A stretch of 64,000 nt of DNA, from NCBI GenBank assembly GCA_043228905.1, contig JBHGNT010000014.1:5890001-5954000 (forward strand). The letters run 5' to 3'. Under the pieces are notes generated by a model. That model was not told where the DNA came from. It searched no databases and saw only the letters and a program-made list of their open reading frames with translations. This stretch comes from Azolla caroliniana. Taxonomy: Eukaryota > Plantae > Polypodiophyta. This document shows, one piece after another, positions 47,364 through 59,700 of this stretch; positions within the stretch are counted from its first letter, which is position 1, and every line of letters starts with the position of its first letter. The position numbers were made by a program, and so were the translations under genes.

Positions 47364-48616
47364 TGTTGTGAAGATTTTTGGCAATGGTGTGAAAATTGCG
47401 AGGAATGTCCAAAATCGAGTGTGGTTCTTCACACAAGACATGAAACAATGATAGTGAAGATACTATTTTAGATTAGCTGAATATCTTGGTATGGGAAGAT
47501 GGAGGTCTTCAAGAGCTTCCGAATGTCTTTTACTACATTTGAAACGGACAAATAAATGTCAAGTTATGCGAATGTGAAGTTTGAGAAGAAGAAGAGAAAA
47601 ACAAAACTATGAGATATCCCACATAGATAGGACAAATCAGGATCCCACAGTATATAAGCAGAGCCAAAACTTATTACTTTTTGGTTATGAGTGGAGCACA
47701 AAATGTTCTTGGGCTTAATTGTGGCTTAACTACTCGCAATGGTTTTGGCGGAACCGAGACCGGAACCGAACGACGATGAAGCCGGAACTGGAATTAGATG
47801 GCGACGAAGCCGGAACCAAAATCGGAATCGGATGGTGACGGAGCTGGAACTGACACCGGATGGCGACAGAACTAGAATCGGAACAGACGGAGGGCGACGG
47901 AAACGAAATCGACATCGGAACCGGAACCGGAACGGATAGACCGGATCACCGGGTCAGAAGCGAATCAGATAGACGGATCGATCAGATAGGTTGATTGCGA
48001 CGATTTCGGTGTGAAACGAACAAAATCATCTAAATTAAAAAACCTATTAGAAATTTGTAATAAAAGGGATGCAAGCAAAGGCTTGAACCTTGCACCTCCA
48101 AGATAGGAGGCAATAGACTTACCACTAGGCTTAGTCATTTCCTTAGAAATGTTTTTTCTATCATTATACTTTTACATGTAAATTCTCATATTAGAGGTTG
48201 ATTGAGTGACATGGTTATCATGCATCACATGTAATGCATGAGTGCCAAATGGCAAACATGCATTCCATGCATTGTATGCATGTCTTGTACCCTCACATGC
48301 ATCATATGCATGGGGGCGTCTATAAAAGAGTGGATAAAGAAGAAAAACGGGAGCGATGTATTAATCAAGAAATTAAAAGTAAGAAATTCGTTATCCAATT
48401 GATGTATCAATCTTGTTCTTCAAATCTAAAGTCAAGAGTTCAATCTTAATCTCTCTCAATCTAAAGTCAAGCGTTCTATCTTATCTCAATCTCTCTCTCT
48501 TTCAATCTATCTTAATTCCTTTCTCGCTAAAGCTAGTGCAAACTTCGAGTCCTTCCGGTCGAGAACCCCGGTAGTTCCGCCTCACAATCTGCACGTAGTG
48601 ACGGATCTTCACGACA
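47364..48616 (+). mobile_element. Solo gypsy-type LTR (LTR-C, 1253 bp) in the transposase intron, 4-bp TSD ACGT
   Basis: TGTTGTGAAGAT...ATCTTCACGACA flanked by ACGT (47360-47363, 48617-48620). TATAAAAG at ~48321. Confidence 0.88.
48062..48136 (-). other. tRNA-like module (A box, B box, TTTT) inside LTR-C
   Basis: Minus strand TAAGCCTAGTGGTAAG...TGGAGGTGCAAGGTTCAAGCC...CCCTTTT. Confidence 0.6.
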
Positions 48617-49087
48617 ACGTACTAATTAAGGTTCAAGAATTGTAAGGTATCCTTAATTTATAACTTAATATTGTCCTCCTTGGTGCACAATTACTGATTA
48701 TGGTGTAAGTCTTGTAAAGTATTGTTAATTTATAACTAAGTATTGTTCGACACTGATTATGGTTTAAGCCTTGTAAAGTACCCTTATTTTACAACTTAGT
48801 ACTGTGATCCCGCATGCACAAGTACTAATTTATAACTTGGGACTGTCATCCCGCAGGCAAGACTACTAATTTATAACTTAGTACTATCATCCCACAAGTA
48901 GGAGTACTAATTTATAAGTTAGTATTGTCCTCTCTCGTGCATTAGTACTAATAAATAACTTAGTACTATCCTCTCTCATTCATTAGTACTAATTTATAAC
49001 TTAGGATTTTCATACCGCAAGCACGAGTACTAATTTATAACTTACTACTGTCCTCTCTCATGCATTAGTAATAATTATGATTTAAGT
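48617..49087. repeat. ~41-42-bp minisatellite (AGTACTAATTTATAACTTAGTACTGTCCTC...), also present at 47285-47360 on the other side of LTR-C
   Basis: About ten degenerate units read directly. Confidence 0.85.
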
Positions 49088-49376
49088 CATGTTAAGAATT
49101 GTTGGTTTCCAGTGATGCACTAATTGTCATACAAAACACCTAGATACTTCTTATTGACTAACATTAGGATGCAATGGAACTACTTCGGGTCTGGACATGG
49201 AAAGGGAGACCATGATGGCCCGGGGACTATGATCAAGCGTGCTCTTACAAGTGAGTAGTTGGACAATAAAGGCACTAAGTTACAAAATGCACATGATGTT
49301 GTGGAGTGGTTGACATGGGAGATGTCAGATGATGGTAAGAATAGATTGTCTATTGAGGTTCGTGCTAATGAGGTGG

Positions 49377-49704
49377 ATAAGAGTAAATCATATGGTTGTA
49401 AAACCGTCAAAGGGACACACAAGACCCATTGTGTTTTAGGGTTTAGTCGTAAGGACACAACACAATTGTTATTTTGCAGTTTATCATGCTTTTGTTCCAT
49501 GTGTTTAGATGAAGCTTGGGATGAATGCACCAATCTATCAATAAGAGTAAATCATATGGTTGTAAAACCATCAAAGGGACACACAAGACCCATTGTGTTT
49601 TAGGGTTTAGTCGTAAGGACACAACACAATTGTTATTTTGCAGTTTATCATGCTTTTGTTCCATGTGTTTAGATGAAGCTTGGGATGAATGCACCAATCT
49701 ATCA
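49377..49704. repeat. 164-bp tandem duplication frameshifting the transposase
   Basis: ATAAGAGTAAATCATATGG...CCAATCTATCA at 49377 and 49541. Confidence 0.9.
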
Positions 49705-51194
49705 ATTGTGGAGCCATGGAAGCTACAGAAGCTTGAGATTGAGATCCAAGAAAATGAACATTCAAACAATATTGTATACTACAACCAATGTGAGGACTTG
49801 GCAATATTGTTGTAAGTTGGAGATCATTTTACAGTGCTCAAATCCCCTCAAAATGTAGATTTTGAAGACTACTACATTGTGGTGTGCAAGCAAGGGAATA
49901 CAATATTGAAAGAAGTTGTGAGGGATGGATGGGGCAACATGTTCAATGTTGGTGAGTTTGTCGTGTATGGCAACTACTATGCAAAGTTGCCATAGTGCAA
50001 GAACACATGCATTATTAAAAGATGCACCCACAACAATAATCTATGTTGATGCCATTATCGCAATCAAGTTCACTATGACTCAAGAAAAGCACAAGGTTAA
50101 GGGATACAACACTGTCTACAAGGTTCCCCAAGAGGTATACGAACACATATTGGGGGAGGTCTCCTACTTTAATACTTAGAATGGCAATCGTTCTTCATAT
50201 GTAACTTTCGTGTGTATTCTAACTCTAAATTACAAATGAATGGAAATATATCATCTTTGGTTTTCATATGTATGTTTTTGAATTATTGCGAGTTTGGAGT
50301 GATAAATCAAACGATATCCCTCTTTGGTTTAGATATATATATTTCTTTTACATAAAGTGTCAAGTGTTTGGTGAAAACCCGATGTTAAGTCTTTCGTATA
50401 CTTAGTGTTAAGTAAGGGACACTCGTCACTCAAAGCATACATGTATTATTTATTCAAGAACAGAGGAGTGTACGTACTACTTCATGCCTATAACTCTTTC
50501 AATATTGTTATACTCTTTGGTTAGTACTAAAACTGTGTTAAGTGTTTACTAACCTAGAGATTTCTAAGTAAACCAAAATAGTGTCAAGTATCTTTCTTTG
50601 CCCCCTCGAGTCAAGTGTTTGGAAAAAGTTAAACGAAACATGTTAAAATTAAGGGACACTAATCATTCATAGTACACACTCTTTCCTTCTTTATATCCAC
50701 TTTGCCTTTTCTAGTGTAAGGTACACTCATGATTAACTCATAAAACACGTTAAATGTTAGTACTAATACAAAGGTTTGTTCAAGTATACATACCACTTAA
50801 TGCCTATCATATGTATCAAAGTTAGTACTATGCATATCTTATAGTTCATATGTGCCAAAGTTAGTACTAAAACTGTGTTAAGTGTTTGCTAACCTAGAGA
50901 TATCTAAGATAGGAGGCTTCATTCCACTCATCACTCATCTTCTCACTGTCACATATGTGTGCATAACAAGTGTCAATGTGATCATTCTTACTAAGATAAG
51001 TTCTCAAATAGTATCAAATTCACATTCTTACGAAGTAAACCAAAATAGTGTCAAGTATCAGGTAATAAAACTATGTATTCGGCAATAAATTATAGACAAT
51101 GATCAAAATACAATAAACTCTGGTTTTAGTTTTTTCTAGATCTCGTAATGCGCCTATTTGTTGTTTCATTCTTCTAAAGATTTCACAACCTTCT

Positions 51195-52665
51195 TTACCT
51201 TAAAGCCAGGAGGTAGCAGATTACTGAGTGGTACTTCATCATCGGAGGGGAAGGGATAGAATCAGAAGCCAAGCTTGTGGGAAAAATGTGCTCTATTGTA
51301 ACTACCTGAGATGCACACTTCCAAGAAGATGCGGTCGATAATATTAGCATTAATCTATTGGAAGTCATTGGACACCTTGTTCTCCTCTTCATGGGTAGAG
51401 CCGGTGTTCTGGACTGACACCTCATTCGAAGTACAACCCTGTTCCTCTTCTTATGTGGTTGCGTCTTCGTTGCAAACTCCTCGATGATGATTCTAGACAC
51501 TTGGTTCTTTATACAGTCTTGCTCCAGGTTAAGGCTACTTGCGGTGTTCTGGACACACACCTCATTCTTTTTACAACCATGCTCCTCTTCTTGGCTCAAA
51601 TTCACATTCCCTGCAAAATCCTCATATAAGTCGCTTGTCATCGCATTCTTTGTCCATTCCTGCCCCTCTTTTTGGATGATTTCACATTCCTCATGTGTGG
51701 TTGCTTGGGTCAAGATTGCTCCATATACTGCTTGAATCATCCGATGGTATTTGGGAATCTCCTTGTTCTTCTACTCCTAAATAATATATTCCTAACAAGA
51801 ACAATATCAATTCACATTTTTTTAAGATGAAGGCACAAATGTTTACCTAGTTTTACATCTTCATCCTAGTCTTTTGTAGACGAGTCCTTGTAGGTGATTG
51901 TGGTTGTCATGTGCTCCAAGTCCTGGTTTGCATTGGCATCACACTCCAAGAGAGAAAGATGTATAGGGGTTGTTGATTTTTTATAAGGGTTGATTAATAT
52001 AAAATATTTGTGGGATTCACGATTTTGCCATCTATTTCTCTCTTACAATCTAAGTATCAATTAATACACTATACTCATGGGATTCACGAGTTTCATATCT
52101 TCATCTTGCAATCTATTCATAAATAAGTTTATCTCACATTCTTCTTTCTCCTAGTTCAAAACCCCAGTGGTTCCCACCCGACTCATGCAAATGATCCGGA
52201 GCCAAAGGCTCGACACCGGTGTTCTGGATTACACCTCATTCGAAGTAGTACAACCCTGTTCCCCTTCTTGGGTGGTTGTTGTCTTCATTGCAAACTCCTT
52301 GTTGATGATGCTAGACACTTGGTTCTTTGTAAAGTCTTGCTGCAGGTTAAGGCTACTTGCAGTGTTCTAGACACACATCACATTCTTTGTACAACCATGT
52401 TCCTCTTCTTGGGTCAAATTCACATTCCCTGCAGACTCCTCGTATAAGTCGCTTGTCACCTTGTTCTTTGTCCATTCCTGGTCCTCTTTTTGGGTGATTT
52501 CACATTCCTCATGTGTGGTTGTGTGGGTGCATGAATAATCAAGATTGCTCCATATACTGCTTGAATCATCCAATGGTATTTGAGAATCTCCTTGTTCTTC
52601 TACACCTAAATAACATATTCCCAACAATAAAAATATCAATTCACATTCTTATCAAGTGAAGGCAC
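51195..52665 (-). pseudogene. Two diverged copies (~51401-51838 and ~52216-52665) of an exon-like segment of unknown product
   Basis: Both copies translate to EEQGDSQIP.DDSSSIWSNLD...TTHEECEI..K..QEWTKN..TSDLYE. TTAG|G acceptor-like sites and an AAG|GTAAAG donor at ~51198. Confidence 0.45.
51949..52215 (+). mobile_element. 3' portion of an LTR-A family LTR (LTR-D), followed by CCGG
   Basis: Aligns with 22285-22558 (GTGGGATTCACGA, GTGGTTCCCACCCGACTCA...GATCCGGAGCC.AAGGC.CGACA). Confidence 0.85.
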
Positions 52666-52699
52666 CTAGCCATATCAATTAACATACAAGGTTATGGAA

Positions 52700-53645
52700 C
52701 AAATGTTTATCTTAAGAATTAGGTAATTAAACAAGGGTTACTTAGTACCTAATTATGTGATTAAGTTAAGTAGTGATATGTGATATGTGTGTGAGAGGAA
52801 GAGAGAGAGGATGTTATAGTTCGAAACAATAATATAAAATGGGGGATGATTAACTAGAGTGTATATTAAAAAAGATCATCAAATACAAAAATACCCACAA
52901 TGCGGTATATATACATGTTAAGAATTAGGTGATTATCTACGGATTAATTAGTACCTAATTATGCGATTAAGCTAAGCAGAAAGGAGATGTACTCTATTTT
53001 CCTTGTATATACCTTTATATAAAGTCGTGCATATATCGTGTCTTTGTTGGTGTCGTGTGTATTTCTCTCTCTTCCAGACTTTGTGCATAAGAAGCATGGG
53101 TTGAGTCGGTGTTGCGTGTGTGCTATCTCTCTCTCTTCTGGCTGGTTGCTTTCGGAACGTGTCCGGAATTGTACTGGTGGGTGCCACAGCTGGTGCAACC
53201 GGTTCCAGAAAAAGTCAGACTCCCGGTATCCATCTCTTCCTGGTTCGTGACCCCGGTGGTCTCGCCGATCCGACACGTGCACACAAAATGCAACGACATC
53301 TTTGGTGAACCCGACGTGTAAGGGGCGGCAAGGGAGAATGGAGATGGAAGACGAAGACATCACAGAGATGATGGCGAAAGTGGTGGTATATTTTGAACAA
53401 GTGAAAATGAGGCGAGAAATGGTGCAATATGCGGTCAGCTGTGTGGTAGAAAGAGCTGGTCATTTCAACGGGGACAAACTCCCATTCTACTTGGAATGTG
53501 GAAATGGAGGCGCGAGGTATAGACGAGGCGTTGAGGCTGGAGTTCTTTTGTTGGGTCGTAGTGGATCGGATGCATGCAGAAGTAAAGGAGCTACAAGAAG
53601 CTCATAGATTTTTGGAGATCTTGAAAGAAGCGCTCCACGAGGCAT
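52700..53645 (+). mobile_element. Truncated gypsy element: LTR ending ACGACA at 53298, tRNA-Trp PBS, gag remnant (left boundary uncertain)
   Basis: TGGTGAACCCGACGTG (53303-53318) is complementary to the 3' end of plant tRNA-Trp. Gag-like GHFNGDKLPFYL...EMEARGIDEALRLEFF follows. Confidence 0.7.
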
Positions 53646-54465
53646 TGTTACTGATTAGGAACACGGTCTGCGGTCAATCCTTCGACCTAGACCTACAAGT
53701 GATTGTGAAACAACGAATGGTGGTGTCTATGCGTAATATGTAGGGAAATGTTCCCTCTAACCTAGCAGCGTATAAGGGAGACGGCTACAACCGACTCCTT
53801 AGCGGTGGTTACACTCACGTTCTTACACTCTTAGGTGTTCCAGACACACAATAGATTAGCCGTAGCTATACACAGATTTTTAGAGAAGATAGAATTCTAT
53901 TACGATATGCTTCTTTACATTCCAAAATACACGCTCCTCTATAAGAGGTTTTCTGCCCTTTATATATGTAGGGTCTATTTAGCCGTTCACGCTTCCTGCG
54001 TGAACCGTTACATGCGTTATGATCTTATATTATTTCTTATTCCTACGCTCTTGTGCATCAGTTACTATTCCGGCAGACAACACCTGGCACGTCGGACCCA
54101 TCCCGTTAATCTTCTTCCAAAATGGCCCAGATGTTTGGCTCTGCTACGGTGTCTGTGTTCGGAGGTGACGTAGGGCCCGCAGGTGCATCGTGGTGTGGTT
54201 CCCCCGTTTGGTCGGAATGGCTTCTTCCGGTGTCGCGGTAGTCCTGTGTGGGCGGTCCAGGTACAGTGGGCTCTTTTTGAGCTAGTGGGTTGGGCTCCGC
54301 CGTCGTCGTGCTTGTGGTCGGCCGCGGCTCTGTCTCAATCGTCACTTCCTCCGTGGTGTCGGCCGTCGTTGTACGCTCCGGGGAGTGGGGTTGCGATTCC
54401 GCCTGGCCCGCAATGTTCTCCGTGTGGTCCGCCGATAGCGTGGGCTCCTATGGATGGGGCTCCTC

Positions 54466-56733
54466 TTAGGCAACGGTTTCGCTATCTGGTACTGTGGGGG
54501 ACTCTGCTCGTTGGTCCGTGTTGTTCACCGTCGTAATTTCTGGTGATCTGGCCTGAGGTTCCTCTTCTTCGGCCGTGCCCGGAATTGGCGTTGCGTTGGA
54601 TTCCTCATTTGTTCGCGTGTTGCCGGCTTGTGTGATTTGGTGAAATAGCTCCTCTTGGCTTTCACCAAAATCATCTAAGAGTTGCGTGAGTTCTTCCGAA
54701 TGTTGGTCCGCTAGCGCACAATAGTCTTGTGCTAGGTCCTCGTGTATGGCCGCAATGCTCTCCCCATTTAGTTTATAGAAGCCTCGGTCGTCTTTTCGCC
54801 GGTTCTCCCAGTCCGCACAATACGCGTGCAATTCCGTTGCTTGGGTTGCCCACGCCATCCATCCTTTGTCCAACGCCGTTTTCAATTGCGTTGTGAACCT
54901 CTCCCGATTTGTTTGTAGAAGGATACACACGTTGTCGGTGATGGCCTGGCAACGGTTGCGTGCGTCCTCCACCGACTTCTTGAGGTTTGCCATTTCTTGC
55001 TGCCTAACCGCCACCGCTTCTTTGTATGTGGTCTTCAGGCCCGCCCACAACTGGGATTCCTTTGCATGTTGTTCTTCTAATTTCCCCATTTCATTGTTTA
55101 GGCGGATTTTGAGCTGATGCTTTCTTTCCTGTTCGACCACCAGCTGCTCGTCGAACCATACCTTCTTTTTCTCCAATAAGGCCCGGAGTCCCACAATTGC
55201 TGCCTCTGATTTCTTCGCTTCATCCCGTAATTGGGCATTTTCGTCTTTTGTCCGGAGGTGCTGTGCTACCTCCGCAATGAGTTTCTCTTCAAGGGTTTTT
55301 ACTGCCTTCCGGCCGTTAGCGCAGATCTCCTTTTCTCTGTTTGAGGATTGGCGCAGTTCAGCTCGAAGGCGGTAAATTTCTGATTCCGCCAGTTGCACGA
55401 CCCTTTTCGCTTTTGAGGCAATGGCGGTCTGAGCCTCAATTTCTTCCTTCAAAGCGTCGATGGTGTGGCTTGGTGGCAGAGTTGCCTGTTGCGCCGTAGT
55501 CGCGTTAGATTCCAACTCCGCGATGCATTCATTGGCTCTTTGCAGCTCGGCTTGGGTCATTTTCACCTTCTTCTAGACATTGTTATTTTTAATGGCCATC
55601 TCCTTGGCGCCCGTGCTGACCTTTGCCAGTTCCCTATGGATTTCGACTAGGGCCGTGTTTAATGGGGTTAGCTCCATCCCCACTCGGCGTACACCGGCGT
55701 TCCTCTGTCTATCGACCCTAGCTAGCTGGTCCTCATCGTCGCTCTCCGCCGTTTGTGTTAGGGCATGCTCAAGCATCTGGCACTCCGCGTGCTCCTCGGC
55801 CATTTGTTGTGAGGCCTTTATCTGTTGCGTTGCCAGGAATTCCATGAGCTCAAAAGAGGTTCCGAACTGTAAGAGGGCGCTGAACTCATGGGCCGTGTCC
55901 GGGATATCTGGATATGCCAAAACCTCGCTTTCCGTCGTTAATACGGCTTTCCCTCGTTGGGACTGGGTCGTAATGATCGATCATGGCTCCCAGATGATTT
56001 CGAAGGTGGCATTGGGCTCCGTAGCTCCGGAGCGATCGCCTTTGGTCATTATCTCTGCCACTGTGGGGACGTCTTTGACCAATCCCCGCCCATCTTTCCT
56101 GTCCAATCTACACCGTTTCGGTCTGGGGCTATCCTGCCGTGTTTCGGTGTCTGGCTCTGGGGCTACTTCTGCGGAGCGTGCCAACTGTTCCTCTTGCGTT
56201 GTCCGTGTGTCTGGCTGGGCGGGTTGGGGTTCCTCTTCCCACTCTAGGATAGTTAACTCCGCTAACTTGCGCTTTGCGGATCAGGGCGGAGGCGTGGGTC
56301 GGCTGAGCTGCGGTGCCGGCAGGCCTCGGGGTGGGAATAGCGCCGTAAGGTACTGTTGTATGATCGGCCTGAGCTTTTTGCCTGCCTGATACGCATGCAG
56401 GCCCTCCCTGAACGCCGACCCTATGATGACCCCCCAATCGACCGCACGCCCTTCAAAGGTATCAATAATGATACGCACCTTCTGCTTGGACATGTACGCA
56501 ACCGACTTCTAACAGGAACTTGGCAACTTCACGGAAGAAGGGATCCGGGATCTGCTTCATTCAATAGGCCTTGGCGGAGGAGGAATATGTCCCAAAATAT
56601 CTTGGCAGTGCCTCTGCAGGAGGGATTTCGAAATGCCTTTTGCCTAGAGATGACATGTCCAACTTTTTCCGGATGGAAGAGTTGGTGACCATGTTGATGT
56701 TAGGCGATGTCCATGGCATCCGGGTGTGGGGGC
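54466..56733 (-). pseudogene. Extra (post-pol) ORF of the gypsy element; long predicted coiled-coil
   Basis: ORFs 56281-56493 (VDWGVIIGSAFREGL), 55573-55920 and 54466-55566 (heptad-like, E/K/Q/L-rich) are collinear on the minus strand. Confidence 0.6.
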
Positions 56734-59700
56734 TGTTGGGAACAAGGCCGTCAATGTGTAGGATCAAACACCATTCGATTAGGGTTGAATACCTGCGTAT
56801 GACAGTTTCTGCGGTCGTGCACAGAGATGGAGAGAAAGAGAGAGAGAGAGAGACACAGAGGCACAAAAGACTCTTTATTCCATAAGAAAATAATACAACA
56901 CCCAACCTTACAAAGAGGTTACTAGGTCACTTTATATAGTGACCGACTTAGGGCAACTACCCTTTACGCTAATTACACAAATGGCCCAAACTAGAGCTAT
57001 ACAAGGGATAGTGTGAATACGTCCATTATATACTTGTATTCGACACTCCCCCGTAATGGGTGTATACATGGGTTATCTAAGATTACAGGTATGAACCTAG
57101 GTTCTCGGACATATCAGTTTTGTTCGAGTCGGCAGGGTCCGAAGGCAGAAGACCGGACTGGTCGGGTCGGAAGAGTTGAAGCCGATCATTAAGGAACTGA
57201 TGTCGGTTGTCGGAAACCATCCTGCGCTGTGTCCGGCTCTAACCGGACTGGTTTGTCGTTACGCCCATCTGATGCCGAAGGGACCGAAAGCGGTCTGCCG
57301 AAAGACACTTGGTCATTCCATCTGCGACATTGTCGGTTGTGAATATTTTCTCTAGACCGATTTTCCCTGAAATGACGCAGTCCCGAACGAAGTGATATCG
57401 AACGTCGATATGTTTGGAGGCGTTGTGGTGAACCGGATTTCTCGACAAGGCAACAGCACCTTGACTGTCGCTGTAGACAACTGGAGCCGAGTCATGGTCG
57501 ACTTGCCGAAACGTGTGCGCCAGCCGGCCGAGCCACAAAGCTTCTTTTGCAGCGTCAGACGCAGCTACATATTCTGCTTCAGTCGTTGAGGTCGCTGTGC
57601 ACTCCTGAAGTTTCGACTTCCACGAAATTGCTCCATTGCCGAATTTGAAGCAGTATCCGGTTGTTGATTTCCGACTGTCTATACAGCCGGCGAAGTCCGA
57701 GTCGGTGTAACCGACTACGCCTGAGGTTGAGTTCGGACCGAAAAGAATGCCGTGGTCTTTTGTGCCAGCCAGATATTTGAACACATGCTTGACTGCGTTC
57801 CAATGCGATCGGCCAGGATTGTGCATAAATCTGCTAACGACTCCTACGGCATGAGAAATATCAGGCTGTGTCGCGACCATCAGGTACATAAGGGAGCCGA
57901 CTGCCGGTGCATACAGTACCGACTTCATATCTTCCCCCTCCGGACCGGATGTCGGGCAGTCTCGCTGAGAGAGCCGAAGATTCATGGGGAGCGGGGTTGA
58001 AGTAGATTTGGCTGATTTCATGTTGAAGCGTTCCAAGACACGTCCGATATAGTCGGTCTGAGACAAAAAAAGATGTCGTTTATCGCGATGCCGACTAATC
58101 TTCATGCCAAGTATGTGTCGTGCCCGACCGAGGTCCTTCATGGCAAACTTCAACCGCAGTTGCCGAATGAGATCGGCAAGTTCGCCCGCGTGGCTTCCAG
58201 AGATTAGCATGTCGTCCACGTAAATGATGAGTAAGATGGGTGACCCATCTTGAGCTGTGTTGGTAAAAAGACAATGGTCCTCATCGCTTTTTGAGAAGCC
58301 GATCGATTGGATGAAGTCATCGAACTTCTTGTACCATTGTCGCGGTGCCTGTTTGAGGCCGTATAGACTCTTCCTGAGTCGGCAGACTAGATGTTCTTGG
58401 CCAGTGGCCACGAAGCCTTTTGGCTGCTCCATATAAATTTCCTCTTCAAGATCACCATGGAGGAAGGCTGTTTTGACATCTAGCTGAATCAGCTCCAGGT
58501 TGTCGGCTGCCACTGCGCGGAGTAGAAAACGAAGGGTTGTCATTTTCACCACTGGTGAAAAAATCTCGTCGAAGTCGACGCCATATTCTTGTCGGAAGCC
58601 CTTCGCAACTAATCTGGCCTTGTACTTTGGGGTGGTCGAATCAGACGTCTCTTTTAGTCGATAAACCCACTTGCAAGGAAGAGCACGTCGATTCTTAGGT
58701 AGTTCGACCAGATCCCAAGTCTTGTTTGCCCGAATGGAGTGCATTTCCGACTCCATCGCCAGATGCCAGGTGGCTGAATCGACAGATGTCGATGCTTCTT
58801 CGTAAGACGTCGGTTCGCCGGCGTCGGTGAAGAAAATTCCAGGAGAATACCTCTCCGGTGGTTGCGACAGTCTCTCGGATCGTCGAGGTATGATTGGACT
58901 GGTCGCATCGGGTATCGAGGTCGGATGGTCCGAAAGCGAATTATTCTGCTGTGCCGAGTCGGAGTTGTCCGAGTCGGTAGTGGAAGGTTCAGCTACCCGT
59001 GAAGCTGACCGTGTGTTAAGAGCGGGGCCTTCTTGAAGGGTCGGCACATCGGAAAATGTTACCCTTCGGACTTCGATCGGTTTTTCGACTGATGGATTCA
59101 TAGCCGACTCGTTGAACACAACGTCCGAACTTCGAACGATTTGTCTGCGTTCGGGGTCCCAGAGTCGGTATCCCATTTCACCATCTGATCCATATCCAAG
59201 GAAAATGCATTTCCTGGACCGAGGTGCAAGTTTTCGGCGATCATCTTTCGGAATAAGGGCGTATGCCTCGCATCCGAAGATCCTCAGCTTGTCGTAATTC
59301 GGCTTACTGCCGATCCATAGTTCCTGAGGAATTTGAAGTCCTAGAGGTCTGCTTGGCGACATATTGATTATGTGTACTGCCGTGAGTAGTGCCTCTGCCC
59401 AGAAGCCATCCGACAGTCCGGAGTGTTGGAGCATGGAAACTATCCGTTCTTGGATTGTCCGATTCATTCGTTCTGCAATCCCGTTTTGCTCCGGACTGTG
59501 TGGTGCCGTAAATTCACGTCGGATGCCGCGTTGTCGGTAGAATTTGACGAATTCTTCTGATTTGAACTCTCCCCCATTGTCGGTCCGAAAGCATTTCAGT
59601 TTTCGGTCGGTTTGATTTTCTACCATAGCGAGCCAATCGGAGAAGATCGAGAAGACACGATCTTTGGTGCGAATTGGATAAGCCCACACCTTTCGAGTCG

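Larger units (their letters stand above)
46426..50179 (+). pseudogene. C-terminal catalytic half of a Sola2-like DDD transposase, with predicted intron 46909-49143
   Basis: IDFAENYTF..QNEVQSMHW, ISDDKKHD, WS(N)GAVSQFK, then after AAG|GT...CACTAAT...TAG|A: RYFLLTNIRMQWNYFGSGHGKGDHDG, and a later CFCSMC...C motif. Stops and frameshifts present. Superfamily assigned from remembered motifs. Confidence 0.72.

Noticed and set aside
47739-47960. RN/EP-repeat ORFs
   Set aside because: They come from GAACCG hexamer repeats in U3 of LTR-C, not from a gene.
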